Shown here piece after piece: positions 26,880 to 40,800 of a DNA stretch of 64,000 bases. Positions within the stretch are counted from its first letter, which is position 1; the number at the start of each line of letters is the position of its first letter. Below the pieces are notes generated by a model. The model was not told the origin of the DNA, made no database searches, and was given only the letters and a program-made list of their open reading frames with translations. The DNA is from Tubulanus polymorphus (lineage: Eukaryota; Animalia; Nemertea), in assembly GCF_964204645.1 (NCBI RefSeq), contig NC_134027.1:9394485-9458484 (forward strand), in the 5' to 3' direction. Both the position numbers and the translations under genes were made by a program.

Positions 26880-27800
26880 GAGAAAGTTTCAATTTCCCAT
26901 ATAACTTGTTTGGAAGGAATTGTAGTTGCTATTCATTACAGACCACCAGCGCCAGAATTTTATGCGGCGCCGGGTGAAACGACGATGGGAACGCTTTTTT
27001 AAATTGGGTGGGAACCGGATCAGAAAATGTATTAACCTCATCAACAGTTCAAAGGAATCTCGTAGGAGACTGCAACAATGAAGCCGTTTAGGCTATCCGT
27101 TCATTTTTTTCATCATTTCCAGTTTTTGCCAGAACTTCATCGCAGGTTTTCCTGCTCCGTTCGTTTTAGTCATCATTTCGAAACCTAAGCTTCGATCAGA
27201 TAAGATCAAAGTAGTGTTAGGGCATATCCACGTCAGTTGCGAACAAGGAAGAGTGTATTTCTTCGAATTAGCGTCCAAAAGAGGCTCCGCAATTAAGATG
27301 AGAAGCGATTAAATTTTTGTCCGAAATTGAACTCGCGCTTCGTCGATCGCAGACCGGGAGGAAGTGCGATGTGGTAAAGAATTCTGGGAAGGGTATGGAG
27401 TTCACGAAGTGACGTCATTGGTGGGTAGAGGTTCATTCCTTAGCACGAGACGTCCGACTGACGTACGCGCACCTGTCTCACTTCTACCAAATCGCACCTA
27501 AATTAGCCATAAACGGTAACAGGCCAACCATAATTTTCAATCTATTTTGTTTTTATAGAATATATATCGAAGTTGACTGATGCCTACTTTTGATTAGTCA
27601 TTTTCATGTGTTTCCCTTCGAAAAGAATCAAAAATAGATACGCGAATTTGAGAAACGGAACATTACCGGGCTCTGCGACTCACCGTCGAGTCATTGCTTT
27701 CACAATTAATCCAGTCGAGCGATAAAGGGTTCTCCCATACACATCGAGATATTAAAACACACCCTTCCCTACACGAATAGGCCAGTTTAGTGGTCGGTAA
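26880..27800. promoter_or_regulatory. Probable bidirectional promoter between the F-box gene (-) and Rap1 (+)
   Basis: CpG-rich stretch between head-to-head genes. CRE TGACGTCA at 27410-27417 with adjacent ATTGG; GGAAGT near 27360; TTCTGGGAA at 27382-27390; ACTACAATTCC (minus) at 26916-26926; + strand donor CG|GTAAGT at 27796/27797. Confidence 0.55.
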
Positions 27801-30800
27801 GTCGCTAAAAATGTATTTGATAAATTGACGAATGATGTTTTTGGATCGAATTACACAGGCCTAGATAATAAGGTATCGAAACATGAAAAATTATTATACT
27901 TACGCTGTCTTATCTAGTCTGTCGCTGTACTCCTCAGTCTCAAGTCTCAGAATAGCTTTTTTTTAAGTAGATTCTAGGACTAGAAAGGTGGTTTTTGAGG
28001 AGGTTGCAGAGGTTATCGTTGTTTAAACTGTGAAACACATCTCTAAGACAAATGATAGCTACAAAAAAGGACATGTCACTGGTTTCTGTAAAGATATGTA
28101 GTTTTCACCCTAAATCTATTAGGAGACTATTTAACCTAATTAATTGTTGGTGGTAAGCTTTTCTAATTGGATGAGCTCCAGGCTTTCTAATAGGCCTACC
28201 ATATTGGGAAAACCTCTGGGACTAATTAGGAGTTATGCCCACAATGAATGAAATGATTCTTCTATCATAATGTGGTGATCTGTCGATGTGGTTTGTTTCC
28301 CGTTGTTGAAAGTATCCGACCGATGGTGAAGCTAAACCCGTCAGGTTATTGGCGATTTTCATCCGAGTACAGTCGATTTGTAGTGGTGGGTGACAATGTA
28401 GTAAGTGTTATTTTTACTTCCGTCAAAGTGGTTTGCTATATTCTATCGTACACACTTTGACATTTACCAGACATTTTCTCTCCATACCACAATTATTTGT
28501 CCGTCAGATTAACTGGGTTATAAATAACGACTGTATACTGTGAAGATTAATTATTGCCTAGTTCATTAGGATAAGATTCCATTTGTGTAAGGTGAACTTT
28601 TTATAGACAGTGAAAATTTTTCGGCACAGACTTCTTATCTGGCCCATGGGGTAAGAAAGATATTTCTACAAATTTGAGTTGAATGATTATCTAAGTTATT
28701 CTGATTTATGAGTCAATTTAAGTAGCCTGAGTGAATTACATACCTCTGAAATGTAAAATGACTCATGTCATTTTCTTTTCAATAAGATAGTTGGAAATCG
28801 CACAACCATGGATTTCTAAGTCACTGTTCATATTTCAAATTTGTGAAAGAGTGAGCCTGATCTAAACAGAGACTAGTCTGAATAGCATATGCTTCCCCAG
28901 GAATTTTCATGGGGGATTCGAATTAGCATCAATCTAGTATCTATGCGCAATGTCGGGTGTTTGGTGGGCCTCCCCAGAAAACTTTTTGAAAATTGGAGGC
29001 TTTAGAGACATTTTCCAGGCTCTAAATGAATCATTTAGAGTCTAAAGACTAGTCAAATTGGCAAGAAAAATCTTGAACATTGATTACATAACTAAAAAGT
29101 TAGCAATCTCGAAAAAGGGGTGTGTCTGCTACCCCCGCACCTCCCTTGGGGATGCCTATGAATATGGATATAAATCGATGATCACATATTTATTGGTCAG
29201 ACTTCAGTAATGGGCTCGTATTTTTATTGCCATTGATCTCGAATTACATTGGTTTCAGGAAGAAAATATACCTGAGCTAAAGCTGGTTTTTCAGCAACGT
29301 GACAGGTAGAACCTGCATGGGTGGATCGAGGGAAATTGGAAGGCTGGGGCCAAGAAGCCAATAAAAGGCTTTTCCTGGATAAAGCAGCCATATCATTGGC
29401 CACTAGCAGGGTCTTACCCTCGGTATTAAGATCTTTCTTAAGAAACAGTTCAAAGATGCAAATTCTGAGAGGATAACTGTGAAATTGGCAGGTTTTGTAT
29501 TGACGAAAAGGGCTACCTCTATGCAAAAGCAGGGGTCCGTACCCCAAGACCAGCCCCTAAATCTACCTCTGACCTGGGTTCGCTCAAAAGCTAGCTTATT
29601 ACGTTAAAATCATTATCGAAGTCATTCTCTAGGCTTTTCCGACTAAGAATGACTTTCTGTTTACGACTCTCAATTTCATCAGATTATTAATATTTCGTAT
29701 CATTGTCTCAGGTGTTTTGTCGTATGATTTATGACAACTGTTGATGATAAAATGATAATTTCACACTGAACGAGATAGTTCCTTATCGGTACAACGCGTG
29801 CAAATCGCTATATTTTCACCTTCGCAATCAACGACAACCTGTGCAATTAAGCCGCTTTAAAACGTTACCATGGTAACATGCAGTAAGCTTTCTGAGTAGG
29901 AGGATGAATCTCTATTATCAATGACTGTCAGCGTTTTGTTAAGAAAATATCTTTTGATTTCTCACATAGAGGGATAGTCCTATTATTAGGCTATCAACCA
30001 TTAGATAGTTTAGTCGGGATATTTTTTTAGTAGCCTACAGCTTTGAAGGTAAGGCATTATCAATTGTTTGAACCTTTTGTTCACTCAACTGGTAGGTTTC
30101 GTAATTAATGGTTATGCGAGTGCTATTTCCCGGAATTGAGACGAATGCGCATCAATGAAAATATTTTATTTATCGAATATTGCATTGTTTTTAACCTGTT
30201 CTAAAAATATAAAAAGTGATTGACATCGGACCAATGGACATACGGCACAAATAATTTAGAAAATTCCAACTTCCCTGTTTGTAGTTAGTCTGAATACAGT
30301 CATGATTTTCTGAGAAATGTCATACACAAACTGAATTACGGCACGTATGTATTACACAAATTGCATTATTGTTGACTAATTGACTTAATGTGCGATCAGT
30401 TTTCGTGGTCAGTTAGTGCCTCAACAGCTTCTCAAAGTTTCGTACCACCAATTCAGGCTCGAACAAAAACAAAATCTTTTTACTTTCTGACATATTTTCG
30501 TATCCTTAACTAGGACTTTGTTTAATTCAGACAATTTTTGTCGGTCAGAGTTTTTCCAAGTTAGGCGAGATTTACTATATTTAGTATCGGATTAGAAATT
30601 AGGTAGTTCATTATTCAAAGCTTGTCGGATTTCAACTCAGATGTTGGCTGGTATTACACTCAATCCTGGACTGAATTATTCCATTCGATATCTAATCCGT
30701 ATGATGTCAAAGTAAAACTTTGCAATATCTGTCTCAAATTTGTCAAAAAGTGAACAGATACCCAGCAAGCCGGTACTCGCTTTTCATGCGGTGTAAAAAT

Positions 30801-30876
30801 CATCAGATTTTTTTGTTGTCTTTGTAGGATTTTCCTTCTCAAGCCTAAACGCAAGTGAACAGTCAAAATTTCAAGA

Positions 30877-33800
30877 ATGATCGAATACAAATTGGTCGTG
30901 CTCGGAAGTGGTGGTGTTGGAAAAAGTGCATTGGTAAGTAACGAATACGGAAAATAGCGAAGCCATCATTACGAAAAAATAATTCATTAAAGAATGGTGA
31001 CAATAGAGTTCTGCAAATGATAATGAAAAAAGTATAAAAATCGAAATGTTTTAAGACCAGTCGAAACGATTAGGCTGATAAAATCAGAATAAGCAAATTT
31101 TGGACATTTATCGTATATTGTGGGATTCTATTGTCATTTCAACACGCATATTGTGTACATTCTCTCATGAAGGATGGTAAACGTGGATGGTTGTGTGTAC
31201 TGCTGCTGCTGCTGGCTGTGTTTGAAGGTTCTGCAATAAATAGTTTTTACACTCTTACTACCTGATATATCTTATAGCGATTAGGATATGTCTAAGAACG
31301 ATTTAAATGATGACTAAGTTTGTGGATTCCAATTTTTGCTCATGTTTGGAGTATGTAATTTCTAAAGTTTTGCCTTCGCAATGTCTTGAATTCATTCCAA
31401 TTTACTACCTGCTACTGGAATCTACCGGTATTTGGAAAGAGTGTCAAATTTCTTCCCAAATGAACTAGTCTACGCGAAGTGAGCTGTTTAACTGCTAACT
31501 CACACACTCGGCCTACAACATCTCTACTACACGTATTTATGTTGCCTTCATATTCATCGGCTCTGTTGATTTTAAGAGAACACCTGAGTAATGATTTCAT
31601 TGGTAGCACGTCGATATCGAAGGCGATAGAAAAGTTTTGCGTACCCCGGTAACTCAGATTTTGCTTTACCACAGTAGTCGGTATTATCAAAAGTACATTG
31701 TAATGTTCGGGCAAAACATTGAATGGCGCCAAATTTATGATAGCAAATTAGGCAATTCAGTCGTATTTTCGAGAAAATCTTTAGTTCGTAGTCAATGGCA
31801 GGTGTAAGTAAAAATAACTGTATAATTCCGGCTTGGGAAAATGATTTTCAATTCTAATTGCATTTGATAATACATATGTTTGCTGTCAGAAAAGAAAACT
31901 AAAAAATCTATTGTTATCGGATAGATGATCTATATTTGTCATTGATGTTTATCTATTTGTAATGGTTATTTATAGATCCGTACCTATGTAGGCCTACCAG
32001 CCTTGATTTGATTAGGGACTCTACATAAAAGACGTCCAAGGTCGAGGGGTAGGGGACTAAGGAGTAGGAGGGTCATTTGGATGTTTTCAAAATAATGTAT
32101 TGAATAGCAAACTGTACTTTTGCATTTTCACACTGAACTTTGGAATTTAGTCCGATGGATAAGGGGAGGGAGTGTAGTGCAATGTGGACATGGGGGTCAA
32201 AATTTGCAATTTTCTGAATACGTCTTTTATGAACAGCCCCCTATCATAATGTTGAAGTTGGACAGTGTTAGTTTGTTATTGATAATCATGTTGTGAGTCA
32301 TATATATTTTTTCTGGCTTGTTTTTGCAGACAGTGCAGTTTGTTCAAGGAATATTTGTGGAAAAATACGATCCTACCATTGAAGACAGCTATAGGAAGGT
32401 ACGGGAAATGAGGATAGTGATTTGCGTCATTTTCGACTACTATCTAGAGCGGGCTTGAATCTTCATTATGTTCATAGATTGGTTATAGGACCAAAAGTTG
32501 CTAATTTTAATTCAATGATGCCCATAAGACCGGGCTTACTTAATCCAAATCAATTATTCAGTCCTGAGACCATAATTTGAGCTGATGTGTCTGTGTGTTC
32601 AGTGTTATGACATTACATAATCCAAATTAATTTGTCAGTCTTGAGACCATTTGAACTTGTGTGTCTGTGTGAACAGTGTTATGAGAATGAACTCCTGCAT
32701 GATTTCTGATTCGCACACTTGTAGCACACCCTGTAGCTGCTCTCAAGAGCCGAGACAGTAATGAAAATTGATCAGCGCAGTATCCAATCAGCGAACAGGC
32801 AACCGAATGATCTTATTATCGATTATACTCTTAATTGATTCGTTTTCAACAATTCGGGATGATAGGTTCAGGTTTGACGGGTCGTTGACGCGATCGCTTT
32901 CATCCCGGTCGCGATTTCTGTTTTTTGCTCAATCGAGTTATTTCTCGATAAGCTTGAGCAGTGTGTGATTTATGAGCGTTAGTCAATTTCAACGCATCAA
33001 AACTCGCTGTGCACTTTTCTTTTCGTCCCTGACTAATAGTAGAGGCTGCATTGTATTACGATATTTAATATTTTAATTTCAATGCATCTTAGTTGAATTG
33101 ACATCTGTAGGCCTATGTTTTTTTTCCAAAACTATTTATGAATGAGGGGTGGGCCAAGATTACAAAGTGAGTGAATATTCCTTCCAAGACCTAATTCTGC
33201 AATGATCTAACTAGCATTTGAGCTCCGAGTCAAAACTACATCATATTCTAACATACGTCAGTGTATCCTCTTTCGATGAATTGTCGTAAAGTTCATATTT
33301 TTCCTATTCATAGTTGTACGATCCTTCAAATATATCTTTTTTTTTTTGTAGCAAGTGGAAATCGACGGCGTGCAATGCATGTTAGAAATTTTGGATACAG
33401 CTGGCACTGTAAGTAGTGGTGTTTGATATTACCCGAGAGATGCACATAACATTTCTGACTACATGTATATACATTATATATACCTGAGTAATAGTCGAAA
33501 TATCTCTTGGCGGGTTGAATTAGAATGAATCATTCCCGTCGTTATTATTACTCATAGTAGTCATAGTTTTTACCATTTCAAATAACAATGCCGGCATCAA
33601 ATTACGCGAGAATATTAAGTACCACATTTGAATATCAATCTAGAATTTCGTATAACCTACTAATGCGTAGCTATTGCCATCATCGGGTTGAAAATCCTCA
33701 ATGCAATTTTTTGCGATTGCTTTCTCAAAGTATTGGGACGAATATTTTGAATTCTCTTTTATTGATTGGATATTTTGGCTATATTCCCATGGCAATCATC

Positions 33801-34800
33801 AGGCGTCATGGATTGCCATCATAACTTTCTTTTCGATGCGGCTCTTAATTGTAATTATGACAATATTTCTCATTCTGTCAATCGTTGAAACATAGCTTCT
33901 TTCGTTTTTTGAATCGAATAGGAACAATTCACGGCCATGCGCGATCTTTACATGAAAAACGGTCAAGGATTTTTGCTAGTCTACTCAATCACCGCTCAGT
34001 CGACGTTCAACGATCTTCACGACCTTCGAGAACAAATCCTACGCGTGAAGGACACCGAAGACGTGCCGATGATACTCGTCGGTAACAAATGCGATTTGGA
34101 GGACGAACGAGTTGTCGGTAAAGACCAGGGTATCAACCTGGCGCGACAGTTCATGTGTGCGTTCATGGAAACATCGGCGAAATCCAAAATAAATGTTAAT
34201 GAGGTATGTACATGTTTAGATAAGGTGCATACTGTTATGTTTGTTTTATCCTGTGTGAATGGTGCTGTGGTGAATTGAGACGAAGATCCTTTCTTGGAGA
34301 ATATGATTAAATGAAAGACAAATACCAGTAGTTCTTTCATAGACCCATCATTATTCCATGTACATTCTCTCTCGCTTTCTGTACAGACGAGAGAGTACTC
34401 TTGTGTGCTCACTTGACTAATGGTCATTTGTTACTAATTTATAGTCCATTCCTATTGAACATCCCTTTCGTTTTCTATAAGATAATTTTGTTTTGCTGTG
34501 AAATGTTAAGAAAATTTTTTTACTGTAATCTCAAAACACTTCAAATTTGCTTAATCTGATGAATATTTCAAAATAAGTCAAGATGGAGTTTTCGCTTCTA
34601 CAGTTTATGCTGTGTGATGTCCATGCTGTGCTGATGTTTTCTATGAACATAAATCACAGAATCATAGCTCGTTAAAATACACATCATTAAACTTTTCATA
34701 TTGAATTCAGATCTTCAATGATTTGGTACGACAGATCAACAAGAAAAACCCAGAAAAAGAACGAAAGCCGACTAAGAAGTCAAAATGCAGTATCTTATAA
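30877..34800 (+). CDS. RAP1: Ras-related small GTPase Rap1, 184 aa, 5 coding exons
   Basis: Exons 30877-30933, 32330-32398, 33352-33408, 33922-34203, 34711-34800. [45 protein letters not shown] (Rap-specific T61), NKCD, ETSAK, CaaX CSIL*. Confidence 0.97.
32015..32240. mobile_element. Harbinger-like MITE in Rap1 intron
   Basis: TIR GGGACTCTACATAAAAGACGT ... ACGTCTTTTATGAACAGCCCC, flanks TTA/CTA. Confidence 0.6.
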
Positions 34801-37800
34801 AAATGGTTTGTATATGTATTTGACTCCACTTAATGATGGTATCCATGAAGTCATTGCCATAAGCAGAACATTCCCCATCAATACCTAGGGCTTTGATTTA
34901 AAGGTTCAATGGACTAAGTTTTTCGGGCCTAAGTCCCTAAACAAATCATACTTAAGATGCACTAAGTACTGGTGTACTGATATAAACCAAAATATTCTCT
35001 GAATTCGATCTCGTCTTACTTTTTACTGCGATTTGCAATTTTGAAATGTAAGCCCCTCTGTTTGTAAGAGACACCACCGAAAGAAAGAACGACTGGCAAG
35101 TTTAGGGTCTTCTAATGCGGTTACTCATGTCTTGAAATACTTTTTAAGACTCGGCCCTGTTGAGAAACAAGTCACAATGCTATCATCCTCTTTTAGTCTA
35201 AATGAGCAAATGTTTATTTTAATTTCTAGGTTTGGCTCGTTACTGCTTCTTGCACTATCAACAGCGGGAAGAACCTCGAAGAAGTCAGTCAGTCAAATAG
35301 AAAATGAGAGATACCCGGATTATTTTTCAAACAAAAAAGAACATTCTCGATTGCGTTCCATTGCGCACAAAAAAATGAACCAAAAGAAACCCTGTGAACC
35401 GATTTTTCACATACACTTGTGAAGTAAACTCTTCACTTGCTTAATGATAATATTCTGACAATTTTAACGAACAGATGTTGCCAAAAACATATAAGATAAT
35501 ACACAGACCGTCATCTGCCAGGGCTTCTGCATTCTCTGGATTCCAAACCAATACTCACATGGCGGAACCTTATCAACTATTTAGAGAAATTTGTGTCCAC
35601 AATGACATCGACTAAAATCGCCGAGAAAGAATGATAACTCCCTCGCTTACCAGGGCACATTCTTCAGTTTCAAACCGATAAACTTCAACTATTCTATGTG
35701 TAAATACATGTATGTTTTATCGTAAGATTATTTGCCAGAAAAAAAGAATCGTTTCTCCCTATAAAAGAAAGAAAAGTTTTTGTTTTGAGTTTTTGGTCAT
35801 AGTTGAGGATATGCACTGGTTAATACCCTGTGAATGTAAATGCGTATGGTTCTGGTACTGGGTTGAAGAGTGCAGGTATGATTTAATACCCCCTATACAT
35901 AATATATATATTTATCATTACTACTACATCGTATACATTGAAAATATTTTTGTAGTGATCTATGAGTTGCTCTATTTATTCAACTGCAGCTTTCTTTTCA
36001 TTCATTGAGCTGCCGCTTTACTCTTCTTTTGATTAATAACCATTTTCGTGTACTCGTAAAGACATAACAATTGGACTAATAGATTTTTTCAACATTTTCT
36101 CTCTAAAATGAGGAGTTCAGAACATTATCAGCGTTTTCATCTATTGCAAGTGTAGAGTTTCTTAGATCGGGACGTTACGTGCAATTTCTCTCTTTGGTGA
36201 AACGAAAATTCGTGGGTTTTTCAACAATCTCCTCTGTTGTTTCTGCGTTATTGAAAGCGATTAGTTGTTTGAACTAAATTCAGCACGATCGATATTCGTG
36301 ACGATGGCTCTAGCGTTCACTAGGCCTTAGAAATTGACCTGTAAGGTTTTTTACCCCGATTCGCATGTACTATGCATTTGCATGGTTTCATATGTATAAG
36401 TGTTTTAGTATTGGCATTGTTAATAATGTTGAAAGATTGTGTCTGCAGATACATCAGTGTTTGTTGTCTGCGCGACAGATCTGTAGCAGGGTCCAATTAA
36501 TAGTCAATACCGGGCTGAAAGTACCATATACACTACTTGCTTCTCGAGTAAAATATAGTAATGGTAGGTAATTTTTGTACTGTTGTTTACAAAGAAAGGG
36601 ATGCTAAATAGGCCGGACACATTCTTAGGTGCTTGGTGAAATCATTTTGCTTTGAAATTACCATTTGATTACGCTTGCAAATGGATTTTTAATTATGGTG
36701 CATTTCTTCCGTCGAGTTAGTCCTTGAAATTCATCTCTGGTTCAATAGTCTTATTAGTACAAAGCGAAGTCATGTTAGTACTTTTTCAGTTCAGAGCAAG
36801 CAACATAAAATGTTTTTATTTTAACGAATGTACCAATGCTAGCTAATTTGTTGCGTGGAATTAGTTTCAAAATTCAGATTTATTAAGCTCTTGAGACAAA
36901 GTCATTATTGTAAAATAAGACGATTGGATCAGCAACCATGTATCAGCCGTTTCCCCTGTCAATCTATTGTATTTGATTCATTCATGTTGATTAACCATCA
37001 TATGTATCTTATTATTGAACGAAAATTATGTTCCTTGAAATAAAAAGATTACCTTTTAAAATCAATCTTCAAAGCTTCGTAATGACTGGTGTGTAGTCCT
37101 CAAGACTCTTCTATCGGAATTGACCACTTCTGATGAATCGATGGACAGGCAGATCCACAATTGTCACTTAGGTAACAACTGGTCAACTTAAACCAACTTT
37201 TTGAAAAACCGGCCTTGAGTAGTTATTGTGCTGTAGTGGTCGCAGTTTTCATGGAGTTACAAGGACTGCCACAGGTGGAAGAACACAAGGTACTACAACA
37301 GGTTCACATAACTGCAATTAACTCCTCTCTCTACTTGGTAACAATGGATTTACTAAGTCCTTGATGAAGTTCCTGTTTCAACATCTGAAACTCGGCTTCT
37401 AATTATCACTTACGCCGTTCAATTCACACGAGTAAGGCCGAGTCTACTGTTCTTCTCGTACTACCGTAACCTGGACACCCGCCATGAAGCAATACCAATT
37501 TGTTAATATATATATTACTGATGTAATTTATTACACATACATAAATCAAAGAACATACAGAGTAAAATCGAAGATATTTAGTTTCTGATTCAAGAGTGAT
37601 ATAGTAATCATGGTACATCATCACAAAACCGTTTAATGGTAGTTTTTTATCCAATCAACCCAAAACAAACCCAAACGAGTTTTATCATTGTAAATATTCA
37701 GTTAAGTCAGGAGCTATTACAATACAAGGGTAGTGTTGCCCAGTACGTGGCAATAACCTGTAAGAATCGTTATTGTTCGATGTCCAATCATGTTCTGAAA

Positions 37801-37885
37801 TATTCCATAAATAGTTTGCACCACGATTCATGACCACGAAAATAGAGTTCCTTCGATGAAACGATCATACTTTTATACAGAAGAT

Positions 37886-40800
37886 TTATCCCACGGCGGC
37901 TGCGATAACCTCGGACGCGTGTGGATCGTTACTGCGTACCGTTATCTGCATCGTTACGCCGTCGTTCAATGCCAGTTTCGACCTGACGAGAACGTCGAAG
38001 CCGCCGCGATAAACACCGGCCAACAACAACGTGTGAGAGCTTTTGCCTTCGGGAACTTTGTCAGTACGTTCGCACGGCTGCAAGCCCATGAACTGGATTA
38101 TATTTTTAACGGCTTCTACAAACGAATTACAGAAACAAATTGAAAGTACCGGTAAACCGCATGTTGCTGTTAGGTGAAGGAACTTAAAATAACACCAAGT
38201 CTATTTTGTTGTCCTCGGATAAATCAGAAACAGTCTTGTTAGAGCTTATTAACCGAAGCCGTCTCCAATGCTGTCCATCCTCCCCCAACAGGGATTTGAA
38301 ACTGATGGCATCACTAGACTCAGCCACAGCACAAAACCCTGCCACAGTAGCCCGAGTGCGCAGCTTAGATGATATCATTATTAGCCAATCAGAAATCCTG
38401 TTTTATTTTAGCCTGGGTTTTTCCATTTATAGTTTATCCATGAAATTTGCCTTCGTGATTATACGATGGCCAATCTGATTGGTACTGCAAGTTTTTTCGT
38501 AGCAAACCTGCACTGCACACCCAAACTAGTGTGGCAGGGTTTCATACCGTGGCAAGTCTTGATACTATCAGGTACAAACTTTCTGCCAGGGAGGATGATG
38601 CTACCAGGCAGAAGAAATTGATCAAGTAGACATATGTTTTAAGGGATCCTTATTGTAGTTGCATGCGTAGATTTTGGAAAGTAATGGCTAAAATCATTAG
38701 TTACCTTCTAAAGTTTTCATCGAGGACAAAGCGTACGTATCTTCTAGTTCATTTTCCGGTCCTAACTCCTCCCACGAGGCGGCGAAGTTTGGCTTCATGA
38801 CTTTCTGCACGTGATCAGCAACGGTTACTTCAACATCCTCAAGCTTAAATTACAAAGCCAATAAAAACATGACATCTCTTTGCATTACAATCCTTCGTAA
38901 GTTAAGAGATTACAGGAATAAAGAGATCGATCTTTTTAGATTTTTTGAAATAATAAATTCTCGATTTCAAAAATTCTTTTAATTTGTAGATAGTGGGTTT
39001 TTATCTTATTATAATGGGTTTGTTGATACAGAATTTAGAGAGTAACAGCATAATACAGCATCTTTTATACGGGAGTCCATGATGTTTAATATTGTTGCGC
39101 TAACTTACCACATATTCATCTTCATAACCTTCATCATCAGGTTCGCCGGTATTCGGATCGCAATCTTTCACAACAAATTTCATCGTACACGTAAACGTAC
39201 CCGTTACTGTAAATATAATGCGTTTATATTTGAAACATCATATGCTGCTCAACAGGTTTAAGCTCGTCTTCTAGAAGCAGCAAGCGGCATCCATGAAATT
39301 AAAAGATGTCACCAAATTGCCGAGGGGTTTAGTTGCCATTTTACGTAATCAATGAAGTCACAGGAAATTTTCAAAGGCTGTGACAATCTTCTGTAGAAGG
39401 TACCAGGTATGCGTACATCGAAGGGGTCTGCCCAAATAGATATAGTATTTTGCAGACATGTTCAATTCTATCAACTTGGTATGACTGTGAAGCAGCTAGG
39501 GATCATTTATTTATTACTTATGCAAAAGATTTGAATTTTTCAACCTCCCTCCCCCTCTGTACACAAAATCAGCCATTTTTTCATATACATTAAGCATTAC
39601 AGTACGCAATTGCACTGACCCCTCCCCCTCCCCTAATGCGTACGTAATAAATTAATAACCCCCTAGGAGAATGATCAATTTTTTAGTTTAATAACATCTG
39701 CAGGGACATAGGACTGCCACTTTCCTAATCTATGTATCATTACTCGGCTTTGATTCTCACCTAAAGAGGGGTCATCTGGCACCTGTACGCATGTATATGT
39801 TGTTCCTGTGATGCCGTATTTCAGTTCTGCCGCCGGTATATAACGCACAATCTCGAAACCATCTCCTGTTTCCATTTGTACAGTGACATTCTCGAGCATC
39901 TGATCACTCAATGTGTTCGTACAGTCAAACTGATAATATAACGAATGTTATATATACTTAAGTATTATTACATACCCTAAACCTATTCGTACCATTGCTA
40001 GAATGTAGCATCAAACAATATCAGAAATGCAAATTACCAAGTAGCAAGAACAACATTCTGTGTATCAATTCAATGTGCTAGTATAAACTCTTACTCTATT
40101 ATTATTATTATCATTATTATTATTATTATTATTATCATTATTATTAGCATTACTATTGTTATCATTACCATCAATCTTCTTTTTTTTTTCTCGAGGGGGC
40201 CTGAACGTCCTAGTGATTGTACAGCCTTTAAGGCTCTGTTCAGGTCCCTCATCATCAATCTACTTATTTGTTATACATTTTATTTGTAATTATAATTGAT
40301 GATGAAATAAATTACATTACATTACATTACCTGGAACACGATGTGATTGGAGAAAGTATGTTTAACACAGCGTACGACATATTCGGTTTCTGATTCTGTC
40401 AGTTCCACAGGTTGTGGAGACGATTTAAATAAAGGACCGAGACCGACAAATTCCGGAACTCTACCCAGTTGATCTACAATGGTAATAATTTCGAGACTCA
40501 TTCAGAAGATTTGTAGAAGAGTGTTCACAAGTGTTCATAGAATAAATACGAGACAAGTAGTACTTTATAGGTTAGCTAGTTTATTAGACGCACAAGCTTT
40601 CGCTATTAGTGTATAGTAGCTCCATCAAGTGAATATTACTCATTCACCTGATGAAGCTACTATACACTATTAGCGAAAGCTCGTGCATCTGTATAACTAG
40701 TTAACCTATAAAGTACTACATGTCTCATATTGAGACTCTTTTATTAAGTTGATTCTACAATAGCCACATACATATCATAAAGTCAATACACAAATAAAAC

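Noticed and set aside
30877-30885. Rap1 starts MIEYK instead of the usual MREYK
   Set aside because: A single substitution outside the G motifs with the rest canonical; too little to infer altered function.
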